Shown: one piece after another, positions 54,758 to 64,000 of the stretch | Layout of the letters: the number at the start of each line of letters is the position of its first letter | How positions within the stretch are numbered: position 1 is the first letter of the stretch | Assembly (NCBI GenBank): GCA_963575745.1 | Contig: CAUYUJ010000114.1 | Coordinates: 992,001-1,056,000 of the forward strand | Reading direction: 5' to 3' | DNA: 64,000 nt | Origin: Prorocentrum cordatum | Lineage: Eukaryota | Program-made: the position numbers and the translations under genes | The notes under the pieces: model-generated | Told to the model about the DNA's origin: nothing | Databases searched by the model: none | The model's input: the letters and a program-made list of their open reading frames with translations, nothing else

Positions 54758-55439
54758 TAACAACGAGGGCGATTATGAAACGATCCCACCAGTGCTGCGC
54801 AAAAGTGGACCATTACAACATGCGAGCGCAAGGTCATTCTGAAGTGTCTGGGCATCTCTCCTCCACCTCGGCCTCTGACGGCCACTTTCAGGCCCAAGGA
54901 CGACTCCGTGAGAATGAATACAGATGGGAAGGTTGTCTGATGTCTGACGAGCTGGCGGCCCGCAAACAGGTGTCGGCGCGAGGTGGGGGGCCGTTTGAGA
55001 AGGAGAGGGAGAGGAGAAAGGAGGAGGAAGGGAGGGAGGAGAATGAGGAGGAGCAGGAGTAGTAGCAGGAGGGAGAGAAGGGGGAGGACCAGTGTAAATC
55101 CAAGGCGCATCAACGATGTTGCAATAGACTTGCCCTCCGAGTACCAAGCATCCTCTTCATAGGTCACTAAAATCATCTTCACTGCTGGAAGTGCCAATCT
55201 GAGAATCCCCAATCGTGCCCAAACACCAGTCCTTGGACTTGGACGCCGCGGGTCAAGTTTGACGTTCAGCCCTGCCGACCGTGCATCGCGCCAGAATATC
55301 ATTCCCAGGACTCCAGCACGAATCAAAGTTCTGGTTGCGCCCTGACAACCCTACATCGTCCGGGAGAACCGTCTCTGGGACCGCAGCCATACGAAACCAG
55401 TAATTTGTTGAACACGTTTAAGGCACATGTGCGCTGCGC

Positions 55440-57190
55440 TAAGGCGAGAGCCACGTTTTGCAAATCAGCAGCCCTCCATCCGTGAAGCTCTTGCGAACCG
55501 TCAAGACGAATGCGCGCGGCGCTTCTAGGCGAAAGCCGCACTTTGGGAAACGGCCCGCCCTCCATGCGCGAAACTTCCGCAAACTGTTTTCTTACCAGCC
55601 TGGAGCATATCCCTATCCCTATGCTGGGCACCTCCTCATCACGATGTCAATCTTAGGGAGTCCCTTATTTTTGGAGGGCGAATCCCTAAGATTGTCATCG
55701 TCTTTTGGCGTGTCAATCTTAGGGATAGGGATAGGTTCGAGGCTGGTAATTTTCTAAGGGAACGCGTGGAGCGCCAAGGCGAGAGCCACATTGGAATGGG
55801 ACCAGCTTTCCATCTGCGAGGCTTCTGGAAACTTGTTAAGACGAATGCGCGCGGCAGTAAGAAGGCGAGAGCCGCGTGCTCAGCAGCACCGCTGCAGCAA
55901 ATTTTGGAAACGAATGGGCGCGGCAGGGAGGCGACGGCCACAATGTGAAAAGGTGCCGTCCTCCCTCCGCGGAGCTCTTTTGCAAGCTTGTGAGACGAAG
56001 ATGCGTGGCGTCAAGACGAACCCCACATGTTGAACAGGACCCGCCCTCCATCCGTGAAGCCTTGAGGGGAGCTCTGAAGCTTAAGAATCACGATTTGTGA
56101 GGATGTCTCAGGCGAAGCGCCGGGCCCGCCCTACCAACACGTCTCGGGGCGCGACAGGGAGGAGTTATCTCCAACCCCAAACAAGGAATGGAGGAGGAGG
56201 AGGAGGAGGAGGAGGAGGAGGAGGAGGAGGAGGAGGAGGAGGAACAGGAGGAGGGGGGGGGGAAGGAGGAGGACGGGGAGAAGGAGGAACGGCAGCAGCA
56301 GGAGCAGGATACGATAGTAGGCGGGCCGCCTCCTGTTCCCTGCCGACCTCTCGGCAGGAACCGATGGCCGTGCACGTGCCGCAGGTGGTGGCGCCGGCGG
56401 GCCCCGCCAGGCCTTCACCCCACGGTGCCTTCCCGTGATGCCTCCCCCCTCCTCGTCCAGCCTTCAGGTGTCGCGGATCGGGAGACTGGGAGGCTATGAG
56501 CCATGCCATGCTATCTCCGACAGTCTCCTGGCGACAGAGCCGGCGTGGCTCCGAGATGGCACGCGGCTTCGGGTTTCGCTCCGAGGGCAAAGAGAGAGAG
56601 AGAGAGTGCTGCAAGCTTTGGGTCTGCTCGACGCCGACCTGCCGCGTGTCAGTTTTCGGAGAGAGAGAGAGAGAGAGAAAGAAAGAAAGAGAGAGAGAGA
56701 GAGCCCGTCGAGACGGATCGGAGGAGGAGGACTCCGACCCTGAGTTCGACGGAGGCGATTTCTTCCAACCAGCACCTGCTTTGAGCGCGATCCACAACCC
56801 CCTTCCCTCTTTGCCCTCCCCGCCCATCCTCGTCCTTCCCACCCCCCCGTCCATGTTCTTTATATGAATAACTCTTTCCCGTCGCACCCCCAGACGTGTG
56901 TGTGGGGGGGGCGGGCCTTGCGTTTCCTTCACCATGTGTGTTCCCGAAGCTCGAGAATCTGCAGCAATTCCAAGGAAGGGGCGCGGGTGATGTTCGACAT
57001 GTGGTTCTCGCTCCGGTGCCGCGCACATCCGTCTTCGAGTTTGCAACCGATGGAGGGCGACTCTTCTTCACAGTGTGGCTCTCGCCGTAGCCCTGCGCAC
57101 TCTCGTCTTGAAGGTTCGCAGCCGTTTCAAAGATGGAGGGCGGGTCATGCCACAGCGCCGCGCGCATTCGTCTTCAAAGGTTGCAGCCGG
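55440..57190. repeat. Degenerate dispersed/tandem repeat (CCCTCCATC...AAGACGAATGCGCGCGGC)
   Basis: Copies on + at about 55440-55560 and 55776-56060, and on - at about 56990-57190. Confidence 0.65.
55592..55749. mobile_element. MITE, TIR TTACCAGCCT.GA.C.TATCCCTATCCCTA
   Basis: Inverted ends plus internal inverted TCAATCTTAGGGA motifs. Confidence 0.75.
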
Positions 57191-57760
57191 TTCAAGGACC
57201 AGGATCCGTGGTCTGGCGCGAGTTAGGATTGCCAGGGCGCAATTGTCACGTTGATTCGAGGTGTTGAAGTCCCAGGATTGGTGCTCCTGGTGCGGCTCCG
57301 GAATGTCGGGACGCGACAGTCGCGCTGATTCGCGGCGTTGCAGTCCCAAGATTGGGGTTTTGGTACGATTCAAGATTGTCAGGCCGCAGTCATCACGTCC
57401 GCGGCGTTGCAGTCACAGGGATTGCGTTCTGGCACGACTGACGATTCTCACATGGTTGTCTTTCGGTGGGGCACTCCACGCTTGTAGAGACCTGTGGAAA
57501 AAAAAGGGAACGTGGAGGGAGGGCTCATTGCTGCAGCATCTTTGATGCACCTTGGGTTTGAGCTGCTCCTCCTCATCCTCATCCTTCCAGGCGCCGGCTC
57601 TGCAGGGCCGGACCATCGCACTTCCTTTTCCGAGCCCTAAGTCAGCCTTTGCTGCTTTCTCGTCGGCGCTCGCTCAGTCGAGGCAGCGTGTTTCTGTTGG
57701 TCTTTCTGTCGAACGAATTGAGGGCCCACGGAGACAAGTGCAGTCTCGGTCATCCGCGTC

Positions 57761-60700
57761 ATGATGATGGCGCCAGGGGGGAGACAGTACACACTGAGCA
57801 TTCTGCAAGTCAATCAGATGTACGCCAGTACTTCTGACTGTTTGCAAGACGTCGCCGATCTCTTTCATAATGATACTAGTCTCGCTGGCACTGGAGTTCA
57901 GAGCTATGGACGAGCTGGTGTGGCTACGCGGCGCAGGGCTGGCACCAGTTGGTGCCTCGATGCCGGATGGTCCCGACTTCCGCACAGTAGCAAATCGTCC
58001 TTGGCCCGAACACAAAACGGAACTCGGTTGTGCTGACCTGTGTCGCGCCGGCAGCATGCCGAAAAATCGCTTGCAGAACTCGCAGCAAACACTACGACAT
58101 AGCCATGGTCTCCGCGCACTTCCTCCCATCCCGTCGAAGGCCGGTCAGTTTAAAAAGTACCACCAGGCTTGCGACTCCATCATCAAATGCTTGCGTTCGT
58201 TACCGCTATGGCGGGTGCACACGTGTTTCCCGATCGTCCGCACCGACCTCAATTCAGGGTTTGGGCTTACCAAGTTGGAAGGCACGGAACGCCGGCGACC
58301 CACCGACAGCAGACATATAGGCCCCACCATGACGCAGCAAGACAGAGATACTCCGCCGAAGCTGCCCTCCCTTCACATGTCTGCGCGTACATACTTCACA
58401 TCATGGGCATGGGCTGACATTCCTCAACACCATGGACAAAAAGGCAGGGCAGTCAGCTCGACTACATCATGATACCCTGGTGTGCCTTATCCATGGCACG
58501 TACAGGAAGACCTTTTGAGACGAACACAACGCCCTCTTCAGGCAATGGCAGCACGCACGCCCAGAGATCATGTCCCCGTTCATGTTATACTGGCTTACTC
58601 TTGTCTGACACGCGTTGACTGCCCACCTGTGAGTTCGATCCCCCTCCGTTCGGATTCGTTCAGTTTCAACACAAGTGGATGGCCTACGTCGATGCACGAT
58701 GCAAGGGGCTCCACCGCCACGCGCGACGCCGCTCTCCCTCGGCCGAGTACTAGCAAGTAGCGAATCTTATCAAGGAGCTTTCTCTTCAACGACGGCAGCT
58801 TCGAGAACAGCTTGGTTCGGCGACGCGCTGCTACGAGATGGCCAGAATCGCCAAGGAGCTCAAGGATCGCGGCAAGGTGCTTCTCAATATACGGCGGATA
58901 TACTTGGCGCTGTGGCGACAGGACATTATGGACGAGCCCGCCCAGGCACGCAAGCAGGATCGCCAGACAGAAGTTGCCCGATTGTCAAAGCTGCTGTCTG
59001 CGAGGGCCACAGTCCTCGAGAGGCGCAGTTACATATATGCTCCTGTTACCGCTCCCTGTCCTGAGGACCTTAGGGCTAGGCTCATGACTGGGAGGTCTCC
59101 TGGCCACGCCATCTACTGGTTGTAGGAAAGAAAAAACTTCTTGTATCCTCCTGAGCTCGGGTCAGACGCGGAGGATTTCATGCGCCCTTTTTAAACGGAT
59201 GCCGAACTCCAGTGGGCCTACGGGGAGGTCCGACTCATATCTAGATATTTTCGAATTGTCAGTAAGATAGGGGCGCACTCCCCGCGGCCACGCCGTCTGG
59301 GGCTTTCCTGGATGCTGTCGCACGCCGCGCAGGCGGACTTCCAAGAGGTTTCGGGGCCCACGTGCAAGCGCTCCACGATCGACCAGAAGTGGGCTTGACA
59401 ATACTCGAAGGCCTTTCTTCGCCGCGTGCAACGTGCTGAGCAGACCCCAGCAGCGCGGCATCTGTCGCGAGGGTTCGCCATCAACGCGGCAGGGCTCGCG
59501 CGCGTTCTTTGCCACTCTTAGCCGGGACTTTATCGCAGTAGGCCTTCGCCCGGGCCAGAGGAGCCGCGAGCCCCTCCTTGCTCGCGGTCGCGCAGCGGGC
59601 AGTCGGCGAGGGGCGCCCGCGACGATCTAGCCACGCTTGAGCCGGCGCCTCCGCCGTTTTCGATTGCAGCATTTAAGGTGCCATGGGGGCGTCGGCAACG
59701 CCTCTGGCAGCGCCGACTGGGCCCGCCCTGCAAGCGCGAACCAGGCCATCATGAACCCCCAAAATGTTGCATATGGGGACCAGCGCTCCGACGGGCTCCA
59801 TCGCCACGCCTCGCGTGGGAGCACTTCAGGAGTCTGCGGGCCGTCGGGGCCATCGCTCGGGGCATCGATGCCGTTTCGGGGGGCGAGTGGCCCATCGAGT
59901 TGGGCCTCTCGTCTCACGCGTGCCTTGTCGGCGCCGTGGGGGGTCTCGATTCGGATTCGCGCGCGGCGCGCAGTCGCGGGGACTTTCGATCAGAAGGCCC
60001 TTCCCCCGCGGCGCCATCCCATCCGAGCGCCCCCTCGCAACGACCTCCTCGACCAACCCTGCTAAGCCGGGGGCCGCGGTTGCGCCGCTCGGGGCAGGCT
60101 CGCAGATCGGCCGCGCAAGATTCGAGCCCGCGCCCCTGGCCGCCGCAGGCGCGCCCACTGGCGCCGCCAAGATGTCGGGCGGCATGATGCGCGGAGATTG
60201 CGGGTTCAACGGCGAGCTTCCAGTTGGGCAAGCAGCCGCAGACGCTGAGCCCCACTGCACGGGGCGACAAAAGCGGGCAGCACATCACGCGAGGAGGGCG
60301 GCGAGAGGAGGAGCTACGCGCGAGAAGGAGGGGCGCGAGGTACTGGCTCCTTATTTGCGCGCGCATGACGCCGTCTGCGCTCGATTTGCAATCCATGAGA
60401 ATCATGCGGCATCAGAAGTGGGCGCTCAATCCAGGAGCCCGCGCTGCCGAATGGGGCGCGCTCCCAGGTTGCGCGCGCGTTGAACAAGCCCGCGAATTGC
60501 AGAGCGCGGGCCGGGTGCTGGACTCACTGAGGCAGCGTGTCCATGGGTTCGCAGATGTATGGAGGGCGCCGCGCCCCTGGCTCAGCTCGGAGGCGACGAG
60601 CATAGCGCGGCACGGCAGTTTCATGGGCTGCTTTTTTTTTCCGACCCAGAGCTGACCGATTGCTTCGCGCTTCTCGGCGCCGAAAAGATCAGGGCCGCAT

Positions 60701-61660
60701 CCTCGGCCGCCAGGCCCCCCCCCGCCGCGCCGGGCCCCGCCTGGCCCCCCGGATGCCCAACCAGGAGATGGGGCATGGCTGCGCGGCCCCTGGGCGCTCC
60801 AGAAGACCCTGCGGCGAGAGGCAAGTCCTCGTTCAACTACGTGGTCATGACGGTCGAACATGGGCGCTCCAGAAGGAGGCGGCAAACGATCATTGTCTCG
60901 CGTGGAACAGCGCCCTTGAATCCAGAAGCTCAGAGCAGAAACGCGTGGTTTCTTTTTTTTTCAGCTCTGCATTTGCACGATTCGCCTCAGCGCTGCGCCG
61001 CAACCCCCGGCCCCGCCGGTTCCGGAAAGTCCGCGACGCGGGGCTCAGATCGCCGGTCCTCCCCGACTTTCACTGCACATTCGCTTTCGCGTCATCCGCG
61101 CCCCATTGTTCGAGAGCAGCCGCGGCCAGCGCCCTTGCGCGACCACCCTGGAAGCAAGCGCAGATTGCGGGGCGGGACTGCGCAGCGGACTGCAAAGAGC
61201 AGAGGCACTTCGCGACATCGGGCCACCGTGTTCCGCGCATTCATGGCGCCGTTGGCACGCCTCATGGAGACGACGACGCAGGCGCGGATAATCGGGGCCC
61301 AGGCCATAGCGGTTCCCAAACACGACTGGGGGCAGACGACCCAGAAGGACACAGCAGAGACGCTCCGAGCATTGGCCGGGCGCGCGAGGTACTGTCGCAG
61401 CAGAGTCGCATCTTAGCACGTTGGTTCGACTACGAATGCAGACGAGACCTCAGCGGACACGCGCATGGCACAATTCATGCTGGGTCCTTACATTCAGAGC
61501 CAGGCGGTCACGATAGACGGCTCGCCGCTGAGGACGTCGCACGCGGCAGCGCAGGTGTTCGCGAAGCTGCAGCGCGGCCGGCGAGAGATGGGGAGCGCCT
61601 TCGTCAGAAGTTCGGCACGCCCCCCGGGAAGATCCAGAAGCACGTGCCAGATTGAATGCT
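57761..61660 (+). mobile_element. Decayed near full-length non-LTR retrotransposon (APE endonuclease + RT)
   Basis: Colinear remnants: EN (LSILQVN.., LPP.P, TDLN at 58245, DHVPV at 58566); RT-like GLRPGQRSRE (~59540), GVGNASGSADW (~59690, D..NAF), NDLL (~60040), PYL (~60350). Many stops and frameshifts. Confidence 0.65.
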
Positions 61661-63883
61661 GACAGCACTGGAGGTGGCCCTATTCCAACAGCGACTGTTC
61701 TCTGAGGGCTCTGGTGGTAATTCTTTTCACGAAGAACTGCTGCGACGCCCTGTGCGCGCAGTTGGTTCCATTCAGGATTCGATTCAGGCAACGTGCGCCG
61801 CGCCTTGGTTCCATTCAGATTTCGGTTCGGATATTCGAACTGGTCCAAAGTGGTCTTCTCTGGCATTGGCAATTAGAGCCTCTTCAGAGGGGATCTGAGA
61901 AGTTCATTTTGCAGCATTGCTCTGGGGGTCACCACCCTTGAAGCCAATAGCATTGAGCCCTTGGAGTTGGTATTGATTGTAGTTCAGAGTTGCCCAGGTT
62001 AACACTGTTTCTGCGGCCCTCGCCTCTTCCTCGTTCGCTGCTGATGATGCGCGTGCCTAGAGCGCGTTGCTTGCCCCCCATCCTTTTTCTCCCGTCCGAG
62101 CCAGTGAGTCCCGATTCAAGGCAGGTAGAATTTCGCACGTAACGCCGCCGCCCCCTCCGTTGCCCTCTTTTTGTTTCGTTATCTTCCGTAGCTGTTGCTG
62201 TTGCCTGTTTTCGCCTTCTCCTGGCCACCTGGCGTGTGCGTACGTGCGTGTGTGCGTGCCTGCGTGTGGCGTTGGTGGTGTGTGTCCTGTTTCTTCTCGT
62301 CCGTCGTTCCCCACCGTTCCCTTGTCGCGTGGTTGCTGGGGCGTGGCCTAAGATTGAATTGGGAGGACTCCCGATTCTCCTCCATTGCATGCTTGCCGAT
62401 GGGAAGATGGTGTTCATGTAGGCCGCCACAGGTCCTTTCCCACCAGGACGGTCTCGTTTTGGGTCATTGGTTTTCCCCAGCGAGGCTGCAGGCTATAGCC
62501 CCGAGCTATCCGCAGATCCTTCTACATATCTTGTCTTGGTCTTGCGGCGCGTGGCGTTCCAGGCGCCACCCACCAGGGTCGCAAGCGCCCCAATCCAGTC
62601 CAATCGTTTTGCTTCCTCCCGCTCCTCCCGCAGCGCCAGCTCAATATGCGCGCGCGGCCGAGCCGGCGCCGTGGAGGCCCGCCATGCCCCGCAGAGTTTC
62701 CAGAGGGGCGCGACAAACACAAACAAGCGCCGGTCCTCATGAAAAGATTCGGAAATACGGGGGATGGAGGGAAATAAGAACATCCATGTACGAATAACAT
62801 ACACGGGGGGTGAATAATGGATTTCGCGTCGATTTGTGTTTGCGTCTCCTGTTTTTGCTGTGTTTTTTGGAGGGTCGGGAACGAATGCGAAGATTGGTTC
62901 CGTTGCCTTTCGCGCGGTCATAGGCTCGTGGTTTTTGTCTCGCTGGCTGCGCTGGTCCACCCTCGTCCTTGCTGTTGCAATATTTCCTCGTCCCGTCCCC
63001 CCCTCCTCTTCCCTGCTGGTCCTCCTGATTGTGCTGTTGTGTTTTTTTGTTGCTTCTCTTCATGTTGCTGCTGCTTGTGCTGTTCCTGCTTATCGTCCTG
63101 TCTGCTGCGTCTGCTCCACATTCTCCTCTTCATTGCGCCGTTCACCCTCGTCCCCGTCATGATCGCCCATGTTCCTCTTCATCATATGTATGTTGCTCCT
63201 TGCTCCTGTTTTTGCTAGTGTTCCTGTTTCTCTTGCTCATCGTTGTCAAGCCTCCTGCTCGTCGTCCTTCTCCTGTTTCCTCTCACCCCGCCCATCCTTC
63301 TGGTCCATCTGTCTCCCGACATTCATTACACGCGGCCCCGAATATAGGTCGAATGGGGGGCCCAAGATGGCGTTTGACTGGACAGGCCAGCGACCTCGTG
63401 CACTCTCGGGGCGAAGGCATTTCCCGTCTCCCTGCCCCCTTCTCCTTCCCGACCCCCTCCTCCCTCCTCCCGTCTCCTTCTCCCCCGCCCCCCTCCTCCC
63501 CCCCTCCGCCCCTCCCCATTTCCGGTTGAAAATCGCATGGGGGGGATCGGAGGAATGGCGGTGCGCTCCCTGGTCTCGCCGCTTTCCTGCTCTCATACGG
63601 TTCCAAGAGGTCACGGGAAAGGGGCGAACGGGAATCCAGTTCGCCATTTTCTCCCAGACCCCCATATGGCTGTGGAGGTCGATCAATGGAGAGGAAACAT
63701 GTTGCCTGATACTTTCCACATGTCTCAAACACGTCTTAAACATATGTAAGACATGCTTAAAACGTGTTTAGAAGATTTCTCCTACATGTTAAACACACTC
63801 AAAACTCAACGATGGGACTGTTAGGGTGCCCACTGTCGTGGCACCCACAGCCCTATGGCCGCCGAGCGTGTCCCGAATCCTGT

Positions 63884-64000
63884 GGGCCATGATATTTTCC
63901 CAGATTTCATGGCGCCTCTTCCTTATTTCATTACGTCCCTGGCCCCCCCGCTGGGCCGCGCACATGCCGCCGGTCATGACTTGCAGTTCCCCCTCTTGGA
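63884..64000 (+). repeat. Dispersed repeat, copy of 15650-15777
   Basis: High identity by eye; truncated by the window edge. Confidence 0.85.

Overview
GC-rich, repeat-dominated eukaryotic DNA, most likely from a dinoflagellate. This is inferred from relict DinoSL-like leaders, YR retroelements carrying a methyltransferase-like domain, and Cys/Trp repeat exons; the species cannot be fixed from sequence alone. One host gene runs on + from about 8.8 to 28.7 kb. It has tandem 108-111 bp phase-2 exons encoding 'SDDKKAWCCENK..YDCEAGYSNWEAGW' modules and a final Pro/Ser/Gly-rich exon, and two of its introns are swollen to 7-10 kb by nested insertions. The rest is satellites, microsatellites, many MITE families, a decayed DIRS-like YR retroelement (44.2-48.1 kb), a decayed LINE (57.8-61.7 kb) and an APE-endonuclease remnant. 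The most unusual object is at 20218-24894. There, ~510-bp TIR-bounded units in direct orientation, each with an AT-loop hairpin, alternate with internally deleted cargo. The cargo starts with a spliced-leader relic, encodes an N-terminal HPDKGG J-domain, and ends in an IS630/Tc1-like DDE C-terminus. A solo diverged unit with a target duplication sits at 14764-15556. All protein family calls come from motif recognition by eye; no searches were run.
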